Shown: positions 22,159 to 37,200 of the stretch, piece after piece
How the letters are laid out: each line of letters opens with the position of its first letter
Position numbering within the stretch: position 1 is the stretch's first letter
Assembly: GCA_037447605.1 (NCBI GenBank)
Contig: CM074820.1
Span: 372,001-436,000, forward strand
DNA: 64,000 nucleotides
Source: Zygnema circumcarinatum SAG 698-1b
Taxonomy: Eukaryota; Plantae; Zygnematophyceae
Direction of reading: 5' to 3'
The notes under the pieces: model-generated
What the model saw: only the letters and a program-made list of their open reading frames with translations
Told to the model about the DNA's origin: nothing
Database searches by the model: none
Translations under genes and position numbers: made by a program

Positions 22159-25100
22159 CCTCGACCCATCAGTGAGAGAGGGGCAGCGTCTTGATCTGCC
22201 GTTGGGCGATACTGCTTCCAGTCTCATCTTGGTAGGAGGATTCAGCAGAGCGTAAAGGCGTGGGTGGTATGCGTCGCCCAACCAGCGTATCTCTGCCGTG
22301 ACCGGTTGCACCTATTTGAGAAACGCGCCCTCTACCGACTTCTATTTCACCAGCTCCCCGGCTACCGCCTACCATTTGTACTCCGGGTCTTTGCGTTGTT
22401 ATTCAGCAGCGAAATTTGCGAAGAGTTTCGATGTTACACTATCTCCAGCCACTCTTCATCACTGATGGTCTCGTGGGCTGGAAAGCTGGGTGCAGCTATC
22501 CCCGGCGGCAAAAGGTCTTCCGTCGGCGCACAGAGGGCTGGACCCGGGGGTGCAGGAGGGGGAGTCTCGTCTTCGGTATCAGAATTGGCCGATCCATAGG
22601 AAGAATGGGGGCTGCCGACCGCATGGTACATGGTGATCTCTGGGTAGGAGACCTGCGCCGTGGCGTGGCGTTTGGGGGCGAGGAGGAGGTGGCAAGGAAT
22701 TTCTAGAAGGATGATGGGAAGAGGCCGGTCACATCATGGCCCAGGATAAGTCTCGTGGCAGTAGCAAAGTCCCCGTGCTCCGTCATGATGAGCCAATCGA
22801 GCCAGCCGGGGATAGAATAGTGCTGTGGCGTGATGACCATTCACGTGGCTCTCCCACATCTCGCCAAGGCTGTTGATGATCACTTGGGCACTGCCCGATC
22901 GCTTCATGTAGGCTCCCTCGGCCCCCACATATGGGGAATGGGCACCGGCGTCTTGTCAACTTAACCCTGCGCCGGCCTTCATTGGCCCGGAGCCGAGAAC
23001 CGTCTTATAGCTCTTTTGTAATAGATCATGGATTTCTTTGGGATGACCGTTTAGCCATACATTGACAATAATTCGCACGTTGGGTGTTGGGATCAGAGGG
23101 AGGATCTGAATCTGGCGAGGAGGATGGCGGGGAGAGCGAACTGGGTCCGGAGGAGGCGCCGTGGCCATGTGGTGTATGTCTGCCGGCGAGGGGATGTCCG
23201 GAGGAGGTGCCATGGTAACCGTGGGAGGCCGCAGGGTGGCCTCGGCACTGTCGGCCAGCTTGCGAACTACGGCTGCAGCACCTGGAACCAGTTGCATCAA
23301 CTGTGACAAGGTAATGCCGATCTTAGCCTTGTCTCCCATGAGCTGATGAACCATGCGTTCAATCAGGGATAGGCCGTCTGTCGGGGGTGGTCGACGATGG
23401 TACGCTTGGGGTAGAAACAGCGAAACGCCGGCGATGGGAGGTTGGCGATGCATCTCTTCGTAAGCTGGTGCTCACCGACTCACATTGCGGCCGTATGCGG
23501 CTCTTCCTCATTGAGATAAATTCGGTTTCCTCCTGAGCGTGGATCCCAATGGATGACAGGTGGAAGGAGGGAGGGGCCCGAGGATTCTCCGGGACAAGTG
23601 GCGACGGTGGGCCGTTGCGGTAGCGCCCGTTAACGCATCAGCGAGGAATGGGGATGAATGAGGGATCACTTTGGTTGTGAGGGGAGCTGCGCCAAGGCAT
23701 TTGCAATCTCGGCGATCCGGGCTTGAGCATCCGCTTCAGAAGTGATGGGGGATTCGGACAAGGCCGGTTGAAATGCCGCGGCAACCTCGGCAGTGCGTGA
23801 TCGGGCAGCAGGAGCGGGCTCAGCACCCAATACGTTTGACAGGGAGGGGGAGTCCATGGGGTGCAGATGGATAAGGAAGTGGTGGATTCTTGAGGATGGT
23901 GTAGCGGTGAAGGGAGGGAGGTGGGCTGAGGGCCGGAGCTCGGTGGTGTGGGGCCCAGGAAGGCGTATCCGTGAAAGGTGATGCGGGTGAGCTCCTGCTG
24001 CCTCTTTCCCCTTCGGGCCTTCTCGCCCGAGAGTCTCATGCACCTGCGGGCATCATGTCGCGTGTCCTGGCGAAGGTCGCGAGTCCATAGTCCGCCAGCG
24101 GCCGCGGATTATGGTCCGGGGCCGCCAGCGAAGCCAGACGCCTGCAGGAACCCTGCCTGCGTCATCCGGCGCGGGTCCGATACAGCAGCTTCTCTCTCTT
24201 CGGTGATAACGTCGAATAGAGGCCCGATATCTGGGCCGAAGAAAACATCTGGTATGTACGAGGATTCACGCCCGGCTCAATGGGATGTCGCGGGGATGCG
24301 TGAGGGTATGGGGAAGGGGAAGGGAAAGCAGTAGATTGCTGGTACATGGCGAGCTGCACCGCGAGGGGCGGCCGGACGTGCTTGGCGAGGATCTTGCAGG
24401 AGAAGGGCGGCTTGTTCTAGAAGATGTAGCATAAGGATCATACAACTACTGATTCTGTGTCTTCAGGAACTGCTGGTAGAGTCGATCTTTTCGTGGTTTT
24501 GTAGCGTTCATGTAATGTGGTCGTACATGTCGGTTGCCTCTCTCTTGATCCTTCTGAATTCGCTCTGCCCTTTCTAACAAGGCACGGGCATCTGGCGGTG
24601 GATTTGTCGCCTTGTTGCGATCAGTGGAGATCCTTACCATTACGATGGCCATCGCGGAACCCTTTGGAAACCGGGAAAGTCGGGGCAAGTTCACCGATAG
24701 TATTTACCATCGCACAAAACGCTTCAGTGAACTCAAACAACCCGCTCATCGCTGTAGCATTTTTATGTAGCGAAGTGGGTCTAGCGCAATGATGGGATCC
24801 TGCGAGGTATCAGCGTAAGCTTGCTTGAATGTGTCCCTTGTGCAGTCTGGGCGTATCCGCTTTGTGCAGTTTTGGGACGCTTCGAGTTGGCGGCCTCTCC
24901 TTCCCGGCGCTGGGCGGCTTGATCCGCGGTCCTCGCCAGTGCAGCAATGCTGCCTTCTCCTCAAGGTGTCTGTGCTTGCATCTTCTTGCCGGTGAAACTC
25001 TTGTGATGATGCCGAGTAGGTATCCTCACATCACTCTTTTTCGGGAATCATGGCTATGGGTTTTCAATCATCATCTCTTCCATCTTCTTTGACTTCGGAT

Positions 25101-25294
25101 CGACACGTGTGCTTCTCTGCTTGAGTTGGTGAAAACTAGAGGGTCACCGTCGTCACAACACTGTGCGTGCGCTTAGGACTCTTAGGATGGGTAGTTTGTG
25201 TGCCCGGTGAGGGTGTCTTCTGAGGAATCCCTTGCTCTGCTGTAGGACTGCGTGCCGCTGCTGTGCTTGAAGGGACTCCTGGTGCAGTAGTTAT
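22159..25294 (-). pseudogene. Decayed gag/protease-like region of gypsy-like element F (continues at 37636-38536)
   Basis: Joined to 37641 onward by TSD GTTAT (in-frame ...RDLSRIT|TAPGVPSS...); Pro-rich and coiled-coil fragments, KAKIGITLSQLMQLVP, VNVWLNGHPKE and a K*KSV...K*VQPV remnant. Family assignment is inference. Confidence 0.55.
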
Positions 25295-28200
25295 TGTGAG
25301 AGGGGCAGAGGGATGAGAAGCAAATTCACCTTCCACCCTTTCTCCCTCTTCACTGTCCATGGAAACTTCCCTCCTGGTGCCCGCGGCACTCTCACTCATT
25401 TTTACTCCGTTGCATACACAACACGAGAAGCGGAATAGAAAAACGTAGGAAAAGCTCGGCCACAAAACTCCTTTATGATGACAAGCTTTCCAACTCAAGC
25501 CTCCATAGCCTGAGCCAAGCACCACCACACTTAGTCACTTCACCTTCACGTGAGGCTGACTCTCCACTGCGAGGAGACTCCTCCTGAGTCCACCTCACAT
25601 TGCAAGCGTACTTCAAAACTGCCACTTAGCCTTGCAATGCATATCAAGAAGGTTTCCACAACACACACCCCCACTCTCACTATATAGTATGGGGCTGTGG
25701 CGTGACCATGTCACGTCACACATACCCGAGACCATGCATGCAACAACCTTATTCCAAACAACCTAAATAAACTACGCCGTGTCTTGCTATGCATGGCACA
25801 CAACACATGCTTGTGCAACACCACCGCTCTAACAGTGGCCATGTACTCACCTTGGCCCGAACTTCCTTGTCGCCCCAAGGGCTATCTTAAAATGCACCAA
25901 AATGCACGCTCACGCCGCCCTCCACCGACTCCGCCTTAGATACTTCCGCCCCGCGCATCATTCCTCGATTCCGTACTCGGGGCGATTCCTGCGGCGCGGT
26001 ACCAAATGTCCGGACTCCCGGCGTACTGTCCGTACCGACCGGCGGTCGGCCGGTCGCGCCACTATCGTACGTTTGCGCGGTCGGTCTCGCCGCGCTATCG
26101 CGCTAAATAAGTCGATCCCCATACATGTCACCTAGAAGCACACCCTACAGGAACTAGCGCCAACCTGAAACATGCTAATCGGTAGCTATGTACACTAACA
26201 TTTCCCCTCTTTGGCACTTTGGTTCTGCGAGAGGCCCCTGGCCAATGAGATCGGAGTAATCCTCAAGGTCTCACCACTGACTGCCTTATTCGGCATATTG
26301 ACCGCTTGCTCCTGGTTCCCAATGAACCGATCTTAACAAGTCCTTCTCTCGCCTCTGTCTCCGCGTAATGAGTATTGGATCGAATGCTTGCTCGCTTGTG
26401 GAACACGGATTCTCCATGAGCAATAGAGGATTGATTGTGCAGTGAAGAGTGGTAAGGGGAGTTGAGGCCGCTCACGCCAAAAGAGTTCCAGCGACCACAC
26501 ACACTCCTGGTGCATGGCAATTTATATACTGCAACCGATCTTGGAAGAGCCAGCGAATGCGCAGGTGGAATTCCATGTGATGGCCCACCTGCATTCAAGC
26601 GTATCCAGATGTGGGCGGGATGAATCCAAATCCCCTCCCCAGTCAGCGTCTGTATAGCCATAGACCCGGCTGCGAGTCCCCCTCTCAAACCTGAGGCCAT
26701 AATCCACAGTTCCCTTCAGAAACCGAAATATACGCTTGACTCCTTCCCAATGCTCCTCGCCGGGGTTCTCCATGAATCTGCTTGCCGTGCTCACGGCTTT
26801 CGCAAGGTCAGGCCTCGTGCCTGTCATCAAATACATGTGGCTCCCTATCGCAGATCGATATGGCACTCCAGCCATTGCCTTTGCCTCCTCCTCTGTAGAC
26901 GGGGACATCTCCTTCGTGAAGCGAACTCCAGCATCCTTGGGACTTGTGCATGGCTGCACTCCCACATGTTGAACTTCATGGCACATCATACGCATACTTC
27001 GCTGACAAAGGAATAGTGAACCACATCGGCCCCTCTTGTTTGATCCCCAAGAGATGGGCACTCTCCAGGCAGAATATGCAAAATTCTCACCGCAAGAGCT
27101 CCTTCAACTTCTGCAATCTTTAGCGAAGAACTTCGATCATGTCGAGGTCATCCACACCAGACCCCGACAACAACTTATCATCATCTTGCATGGCCCGAGT
27201 ACCTGGGTTGCTCCGGTCTCCAACGATCAAACCCATAGCCCTGTAAGAGTTCATCGATCTTCTCATACCACACGCGAGGGGCCTGCTTCAGCCCATACAA
27301 ACTCTTCACGAGTCTGCACACAAGGTTCTCCTTTCCCTTCTCGCGTTTCCCCTCTGGCTGCTCCATGTATATCTCTTCATCAAGATCTCCATACAAGAAA
27401 GCAGTCTTGATGTCCAACTGGTGGACATGCATCCCCTCTGCGGCTGCAATAGAAATGAGGGAGCGGAGTTGAACTTCACCACAGGAGCGAAGGTCTCTGT
27501 GTAGTCAACTCCTTCCTTCTGACTGTAGAGCCCTTGGCCACGAGTCGCGCCTTGTACCTATCAATGCTGCCGTCCGCCTTCCTCTTAACCTTGAAGACCC
27601 ATTTGCAGCCGATGGCACGCCTCCCAGGTGGGAGCTTCTCCAAGCGCCAAGTCTGATTCTCAATCAGACTGTTCCACTCACTATCAATGGCCTCCTGCCA
27701 CTTGATCTGATCTGGCCCCTCAACAGCTTCCCCGTAAGTCTGAGGCTCAACAGCATGGGCCATGTAACAATGGGCAATCATGTCATGTCACACGAGAATG
27801 ATCTGGAAGTGATCACGGGCATTCTTTCCTGCCTGTCGCATGCTGGCAGGTATTTTGGGCGGTGAAGCGATTTGGGCCACTTTGGTCCCTCCCGCCTTGT
27901 CTTCTCCATGGCGAGAGGATGCTCTTGTTTGCTCCACAGCTACGCATTAGGTGACACTTCCTCTCACGGCTCATCGACCATCTCCTCGGCAACTCTTCAT
28001 TACGCTTGTGCCGTGGTTGCGAAGCCACCAACTTATGCGGCATGCTGGCTGCCTCCTCTCGTGAACTGGAGGTCTCCTCCTGAGACTTCGTAGCTGATGC
28101 CTCCTTCGATGGTCCCACGGACTCCTGCATGTCTCCCCAATGTGGAGGCAAGGAGTAAAGGTCATAGGTTTTGTCTCATCATCACTCTGACTCTGGTCAG

Positions 28201-31200
28201 GTCATTGAATGAATGGAGTAGCACTCCTCCTCAATGCGAGCTTGGTAGCCAGCGGCACCTTCTCACTTTCGAGGTGACTCCACAATCACTTCACCTTCAC
28301 TTAGGTGAATCAGTGAACCGCGACTCATCACCACGCCTCCATGAGTGGGTAAAGGGGACGTGTGCAGCATCCTCATCCACCCTCACGTCCCTGCTGATCT
28401 CTACCTTCTTGGTCTCAAGGCTATACACCCTGTAAGCCCTGCAATCACTGGCGTATCCAAGAAAGAAGCCCTCCTTGCCCCTTGGGAAAAACTTCCCTCC
28501 ACTGGCGCGACGCCGGTATAGCATGTACGACACTGATCCCAAATGCTTTCCAAGTGTCCCACCGGTGGGCTTGATCCCACTCCACACACCTCATGGGCAC
28601 TTTCGATCCTCCAAGACCCGATGGCCGGACACACATTCCTCACATAGCGTGTAAGCTGCTCCCCAAATGTCGCGAGGAAATGGTGAGTCATGCAACATTG
28701 TCCTTGCCATGTCTCCACGAGTCCTATTCACTCTCTCTGCAGCTCCATTACTCTGCGGTGAGTATGGAGCAGAGAACTCCTGCTTGATTCCCAAGCCTCT
28801 CAAATACTCACTGAACACCTTGTTCTTGAATTCTCCTCCATTGTATGCGAGCGGAGGTTCTTGAGTAGATAGCCGCTCTCACGCTTTGCACGCATCTGGC
28901 TTCGAGAATTTGGATAAGCGTCAGAACCTGCAATGTCAAGAGCACCACCCAAATCTTTCGTGAGTAGTCATCAAGGAAAGTGATGAAATATCGACTTCAC
29001 TCTGGCTTCGCTGGGGTGATGGGGCCACAGAGTGCACGTGTGCACAAGCTTGACGGCTCCTTGGTGGCGCCCTCTCCATCTCCTCTTGTACGAATGGCCC
29101 ATTGGATCTTCCCTTTAATGCGGTCGCCATGATCCTCGTGGATCAACCGCGCCACTCAAGTCAAACCTCGGACCAACCCCTTACGAGCTAACTCCGGTTT
29201 TGTGGCTCGAAAACTCACATGCCCAAGCCTCTGTGCCATACGCACCTCATCTTGGGTCATAAGCAGCCGACTCTCCTTCTTCTTGAGCTTACTCAGCAGC
29301 GTAAGGCGTGCAGACCTCTCTCTGGGGTGCTTACGGAAATAAGACGTTACGATTTCTTATGTCTAGCCATGATGCGCTTATCAAAAAGTGGTAGGTAACA
29401 CTACATGCAGCACACGCCCACAGAGACACAAAAGTTATGCTGCAACCAGTATAAAAAGCACGTGCAATCATAGTATGCCCCTTCACTCTCTCTCCTCTAA
29501 GGCGATCCTCCGCGTGCGCCTGGTTAGTCACCTTCACTTCCTCTGTCGGCTGGCTGAGCGAGGGGCACAGGAAGCGTCTCATCTCGTAGGAGAACAACGG
29601 GATGGGTAGGTTGGGCGAAGGACATCAAACTCCACATGCTCCTTCTCAGCCAAACCTCAAGAATTTGTACTCGATGCCGCCCGACATACGCAATCAATAC
29701 TCTTATGACCTTCTGCTTGCGCGAAGCAAGCGCTGTGAACTCCTTCTTGCTCGACCGTTTTGGCGTCCCCTCCCTTCACTTGACGCCTTGCGAACGTAGC
29801 ATTCTCGTTGGAAGTAGTGACACGGCTTCCCACAAGTGAAGCATGTCCCCTTGGGACGATCTCCGCCACCTCCTCCTTTCGCGCGCCCCAAAAGGCTTCC
29901 CCACTTCATCTACATGTACGCTCTCCTCATCGGATCGCGTCATGAAGCGTCCTCTTCTGAATCCGCTTCTTCACGCTCAAGGTCAAGAAAGTGGTAAGCT
30001 GTTCGAAGGGCCTTGTGCATGTGCCGTCAGCGGTGGAGCAAACCCGACCAAGCTGGTGATCTTATGATCGACTCAAGACCATACTTACATCACCGCAATG
30101 CATGAAATTTTGTCGAAAGCGCCCCATGTAGTCGATGGAAACTCTCTCATCAAGCTCATCTTCATCTTCAGGGCTTTCGGGTATGCAGGTGCACCAACTG
30201 TGTATTTGTCCTTTGCATAGGTATGTCACTCCAAACACTTCCACATCTCGTGTGACGTGCTGAGGTCGTAGAGCATGTGTGAAGGCGTCCCCTTCACACT
30301 CATTGCAATCTGAGTGATGGCCTTGTTATCACGGGCCTTCCCACAGAAGCTCCTCTCACCCGGATGTAGCGGCGCTACCTTCAGGTCACATGACCAGAAG
30401 TCCCTTCCCTTCAAGTATGGGAGTCGGCCGCCACTTCCATCCCCTTGTAATTACGTCCCATCAATCACGGGGACATTAAACTTCACACCCAGCGGTTCCT
30501 CTTCACCATGAGCTCTGATACACTTGTAAGAGAGGAAGAGAGGATGAAACTAAATTCACCTTCCACCCTTTCTCCCTGCTACTTTGTCCATGGAAACTTC
30601 TCACGGTGCCAGCGGCACTCTCACTCATTTTTCACTCCGCGTGCATACACAACGAGAGGCGGAATAGAAAAACGTAGGGAAGCTCTGACCTAAACTTCCT
30701 TTATGATGACAAGCTTTCCAACTCAAGCCCCATAAGCCTAGTCAAGCTTTCACCACATGATCACTTCACCTTCCGTGAGGCAGCTCTCCACACGAGGGCT
30801 CTCACAAGGTCCCCCTCCCTGTGCCAAGCCACATGCCTTCAAGCTGCCATAGCCTGATACATGTCAAGAAAGGTTTCTAACTTACACACCCACTCTCACT
30901 ATAGTATAGAACGTGACGTGACTATATACATCACAGCACCGAACCATCACATGCAACAACCTTATTCAAACAACCTAAATAAACTACGCCGTGTCTTTGC
31001 TACCATAGTACACCCAACACAACAGCGATACCAACACCACCGCTCTAACCGGATGGCCATACTCTACGCCCGGTGAACTTCCCGCCCGTCACCCGCAAGG
31101 ACTATCTTAGTACGCAAAGTACGCTCCGCGCCTCCACCCGACTCATGATGCGTCCGCCCGTACTTCATCATTCCTCGATTCAGCTCCCACGGCCGGTCCT

Positions 31201-34200
31201 ACAGCCAGCGGTACCAATTATTGAGTGTTAGTGTGCTATAGTTAGACATAGTATGGGTTCACACCTGCTAACATTGTTGTGTCTCAGTTAGGAAACATGA
31301 GATACGCTAATAGTAGTCCTAGGAAATATGGGTCGAGACCCAAATAATACGATTGGCCCGTACGCTTTTACCGAACCTTGAGGAGGAGAATGTGATGTGT
31401 CGGTAGGAACGCGTCAGACCTATGAATACTTGATCATGGACGCTCGGCCGAGGTCAACTATGGAGGAGACGGAGTCGGCGACCGTGGGCCCAGAATGTGA
31501 AGCGGCCTTGAAATATGGCAACCCGGAGATTTGTCGCGGGCAGCCTTGGAAGATAATATGCAACACCTTGAATCCCGAACATACACGCGCGAGGCGGCGA
31601 ACAACGTACAGACGGCGGCGGAAGATTTGCGCTTCGGGCCGGAATAGCGAGCTTCGAGATGAAGCGGCCCGAGCTATGCAGACGACCCGACTAGGTATCG
31701 CGGGATTTCACAGAAGAACCCATGATACAGGCGATGAAGCAGCGTGCAGGCTGGCGAGCATGAGGGCAGCCGTGACGTGACATCGGTCAACAAGGAAGAT
31801 GTCACGTAACACGGCAATAGCGGTATAAAGGTTTAACTTTGTTATGAAGGATAACCACATTAGACTATATTCAGTGACTTGTGCATTTTCGTGTTCTTTG
31901 AGGCGCACGCTTGTCGCAAGGTGGTGAGTAAGAGGGGAGGAAGCAGCTAGTGAGAGGGAGAACTTCATGTGGGTGACATTCTTATTATAAAGGGTTTGGT
32001 AGTGAGCTTTCTCTATACTCTGTGATTTCATTGCTCGTCCTGCGTTCATTAAATGAGTTATAGACTATGGTGAAGTGAGATAGGTGAGAGAGAGTGAAGA
32101 TGTCTTCATGGGGTGGGAACGAGTTCCAATGGAGGGCGACAGCGAGGTGGCCTTGAGGGAGGCGTGGCGGATCCAGGACTCCAACAAGTGGTATGAGGCC
32201 AATGGTGGCGGCGAGGGACCCGCATTGGTTGACATTCCGCGTGGGGTCCAAGACTTCCAAGGGGTGGAGATGGCGGCTGGTTCCCGCTTAGCACCGTGGG
32301 CAAGGGCTGTTGGGAATGCGTCGGCGGCACCATCAAGGCACCGGTGCCTAGAGCCTGGCGGGCGGCGGTCCCGGAACGCAGTGGCGCTTTCGCGGAGATG
32401 GAGTGCCAAGGACAACAAAGCGCTCACCCAGATGCGTCATGAGTGTGAGGAGACAACTTCGTCCATCTTTGTATGATCTCAGACCTCACATGCTATGTGG
32501 AGGTGCTTAGAAGATGTATGATGTAAAGGATAGCGTCCGCGATAGTGAGTCTTTACCATAGCGACTTGGGAAGATGAAGATGACTTAGGATGGCGAGTGA
32601 ATATATGAATTGAGTTTGATACCTTGATGGAAGTTCACCCAGCTCACGGCTTAGTTAGAGAGTGACCATAGATGTTGAGTTCTTGGGGGTTGACCTCTAG
32701 ATTTGATGTAGCGGTCCCTTGTGTAGGGCTACGTCTAGCGAACTTCGAAAATGACCCTTGAGCAAGTGAAGCGGAGGATCAAGGAGGAGGACACCGTCCA
32801 AGACACCGGGAGCACCGAGGAGAAGGTGCTAGCGCTGCACTCACGACAAGACCGAAGAGGAGGTGCGCCGAAGTCGGACCGAGGAGAGCGCCTACGGGGC
32901 GTGCTACACACGTGTGGCAAGGCCCGGCCACTACTGGCCGGGGCTACAAGAGCAAGAGTCCCAAGATGGGGGGAGGAGGGCGCCGGCATTACGGCAAGAA
33001 GGAGAAGAAGGCTTCAGGGGATGCTTCAAGTGCAGAAGTGCAGAGGCACCGAATGCGAGAGGTCAGATAGGACCAATCGATGATGGGCTGGAAGGCCCGA
33101 AGGTTCGACTTTGTTGGGAAGATCGAGGTTGGGATGCGGCGGCCACACGGTTGTCGACTTCGAGGCGCTTCCACACACATGTGTGGCTGACAGCCCGAGA
33201 TGTTCTCCGCGTTGGTTGCAACGGAAGACTCAATCCTACTCGGCAACGGAGAGGGAGTGGCGATCCGCGAGAAGAGGGGTGGAGTAGTCAGGTGATTCGA
33301 GCGGCTACGTCATCTCACGAAGAGGCGTTGTGTATGTTGATGTACTCCACACCCACGAAGCGAGAACTTCGTAATACATTAGCCAGGTGTGTGTAAGAGA
33401 GTCTGAATCCGCTGAAAGTCTTAGCATTAGCTACTCACCTTGATGACGGGGGAAAACTGATTTGTTTGAGGGGGTATTTATGAGAAGGGAGGCACGTATT
33501 ATCTTCTTACGTTAGAAGGGCCAGAGGATGAAGATATGATAGGCGTATTTGAAGCGCATACCGTCTACGGCATAAGTAGACTTGGACATCTTAACCATGG
33601 GGTTACCTTGACTGGCTGTGAGGCTAGTCGTGGGTTAGGCGTAGATATTTGTGGAGAAGGCTTCGGCTTTGCAGAGGTGTGTAGAGGGGAAAGGCATGGA
33701 AACCATTAGCGAGGAGAGGAGGCGTACCACGCGCAGAAGAAACTAGAGTTAGTTCACACCGACCTTTGTGGCCCCGTGACACCGGCAACGAGTGGAGGAG
33801 CTCGGTACTTTATCACTTTTCTCGATGATTTTTCGAGGAAAATTTGGGTGAAAATTCTCAGAACAAGTCGGGAGCTTCCAGACCTTGATTGGAGACTTCG
33901 AGATGGAGCGAGAGGCGGTTGGCCGAACTACGCGGCTGAGACGGAGGGAGTTCAAGTCGAGGAGTTGGCGAGTACCTCAAGACTGCGTGGAATTAGGCAT
34001 GAATTCCTCTGCTCCTACTCCCCTCAAAGTAATGGAGCTCTTTGAGAAGGGTAAATAGGGCGTTGGGGGACATGGCGGACCATGCTCATAGATTCCCCCG
34101 CCCGGCTTCTTTGCCCCACGGGGAGGCGGTGATGGCCCATGACTTACCTTAGGAATAGTGCACATCTTCGTGCTTTCCGGACGGGTTCACGAGGGAGGTG

Positions 34201-37200
34201 TGGAGTGGGAGAAAGCCGGGTTTCCCACTGAAGGCTTTGGGCCCAGCTGGTGCGGCGGTGCGAAGGCGAGGCGGAAGAGGAAGTTTGACCCAGCGAGCGT
34301 TGAAGGATATGTTCACCGGCTACAACATGGGCAGTCGCACCTACCCGGGATTTGGAACCCAGCGGCCGAAGTGCGAGGCTTCGGGGACATCCGCGATGGG
34401 CGAGAGGCGGTGACGCGGCTGGGTGAGACCCGACCCCCAGGCGAGGATTGGAGATTGTGTATGAGGGCGTGGGGAACCGGCCCGGAGAAGCGTTGAAGCG
34501 CCTCCGGGTCCCGTTTTGGAGGAGGGAGGGGTATTACTTGTAGGAGGAAAGCGCGAGGGAAGCGACTGGAGCAACACGAGAGCGTCTGGCGGGCCGGGGA
34601 GTCGAACCGAAGTACCGCCAAGCGAGGCGAGGAGAAATCGGCGAGCGGCTCACTACACACTCACCTGTCAGATGAGGAAGACTCGGTCGAAACTGTACCT
34701 TTGCACGGACAGGAGTCTGAGGACTTGGATATGGCCGAGAGAGACGCGATGAGGGCAAGGATGCCTCCGTTGTTCCAGAATTTTTCTTCAACTGGAGGAG
34801 TGGGAGAAACGCCAAGGACAGCGGAGCACGCGTGTGGTGAGAGGCACGAGCGTCTGAGCCGTGTGAACTAACTGTCTGAGAGTGCTACGGTTTCTGGCGA
34901 CCTCCTTGAGGAGTTACCCGCTGCTACGCGATAAGGCGCAAACCGAGGCTCACAATGGGAATTGATGGAGGCGAAGGTGGCGGCGGCGATCGATAGCGGA
35001 AGTGGAATAGTCTAGAAGAGCGGGGGCGTGGCGGCCCCGGAGAAGCTACTTAGAAGGAAGGAAACCATTGGATGCAGTGGGTGTTCAAGGTGAAGCGAAA
35101 TGAGGGCCGGGGTATGCGGCAGATTACCAAAGCCCGAGCGGTGGCGAAGAGACTACGGCGGAAATGCCGAATCGACTATCTGGAAGACTTTAAGCCCGGT
35201 GAAAGAAGTTGCTCCCTCAGTGCCTAATCTCGTCGCGGTGCGAGGATGCATGTCCATCAGTTGATATCAAGACCAGCGTTTAAATGCGGAGATCTCGGCG
35301 AGGAGATCTACATGGAGCAACCAGGAGGAAAAGTTGTCCAGGCGAGGCATCTCGTCTGTCGCTAGTGAAGAATGCAATGCAATTTGGCTTGAGCACCAGG
35401 GATCTAGTCTGAGAAGATTAGCCCGATCTTACGAGGAGAAAGCAGTTTCTTGGCGCTTTGGGGCGGATCATTCCGTCTGAGCAAGGAGGAGGAGATCTCA
35501 TATGCGTTGGGATCTCGTGGATGACACTCATTATGGTGGAGTCTCTCACTTGAGAGAGAATCAATGATGCGAAGCTTTGCAAGCCCAACTTCCGGATGTG
35601 GGATCTAGGGAAGTAGCGATCTCACGGGGATCTGGTGGCGGAAGAGAGTGGGGCGGAAGTCTGTTCCTAAGTCGGAGAAAGAAGTCTGCCCTTGGATGTA
35701 CTTGGGAATTCAATATGGAGGAGTGGGGCCGTGCACCGGCCAGTGATGGAGATGGCTGAGATTGTCAAAAGGATATGGGCCACATGACGGGGCCAGCGAG
35801 AGGTTAGAAGCGCGTAAGTCGCGATGCGGATCTGCTATCGGAGTTTAATGTACTGTGATTGGTACTTTCGACGGACTTGGCGAAACATGTGAGCACCCAT
35901 GAGTCGGTTCATGGAGAATCCCGGCCCTGAGCATTGGGAGGCCGTAAAGCGAATCTTTCGGTTCGTACGGGGGACCTTGGAGTACGGACTCCGTTACGAG
36001 AGAGGGCCGAACAGAGTCATCGGATACACCGACTCTGACTGGGGAGGTGACGTGGACACATCGCGATCGACCTCGGTTTGTTTTACGAGCAGCGAGGTGG
36101 AGGCGTCTCATGGAGCTTTCGAAGCTACGAGTCCGGTTCGTTGTCTAGCACGAAGAGTACATGGGGTATATCCTTGTGAAGGAGGAGTTTGGTTCAACAT
36201 TTCTTTGATGAGTATGAGAGGCCTAGCGTCCTTGACTTTGTTCGGATGTCGATTAGATCCATAGCTCTTATTTGAAAACCTGTGTTTCATAGAAGAACAA
36301 AAGCACATCGAGTGCAATACCATTATGTCTGGTGGTAGAGGGATGATTGTTGTGTGAGGATTAGGTAGGGGACGAAGGCAGGCTGGATATGTTGACTAAG
36401 GGAGTTAGCGGGGAGACACTACTAGTGAATAGCAGACTCATTGGGCTAGGGCCCATGAGGAACTGAGTCCCAAGAGGGGGATTGTTAGTGTTAGTGTGCT
36501 ATAGTTAGACATAGTATGGGTGCTGTTGTTGTGGTCCTCGGTTGGGAAACATGAGATCACGCTAATGAAGGTCCTAGGAAGTATAGTGCGGGCCAAATAT
36601 TAGGTGGCCGATGCGGCTTTTCGAGCCTTGGAGAATGTTGGCGATGTCGGCGGAACATCCCGGACCCTTGTAGATCTTGATCCAGCGGACTCGAGCCGAG
36701 GTCAACTATGGAGACGGTGGCGTGCGATGGGCGGATGTGGCTTGGCGGAAATGTGGCGGCAGGAGATTTTTCGCCGGCGGGGCGGCCAGTGTATGCGGCA
36801 GCAGCGAATCAAACATGCAGGCGGCGTCTGGTGAGCGGCGGAAGGTCGGCGCTTCGGGCGGACTAACTTTCAGATGGCGGCAGGCAGCCGGGCGGCCCGA
36901 CTGAGTGGCCCTTCGCTTGAGGGGCTACGAAGGGCCGCAATGCTGTTTGAGCAGCGTGCACAGGCTGGCGAGCGCGCCAGGGCGGCCAAGCGTGACATCG
37001 GTCAACAAGGAAGATGTCACGTAACACGGCCATGGCGGTATATAGGGTTTAGCTTTGTTATGAAGGATAACCACATTAGACTACTGTATTCCCGTGACTT
37101 ATTCTGTGCCTGCTCGTGTTGCTGGGCTGCCCTGCTTGTGTCGCAAGGTAGTGAGTAAGGGGAGAAGTAGCTAGTGAGAGGGGGAGAACTTCATGTGGGT

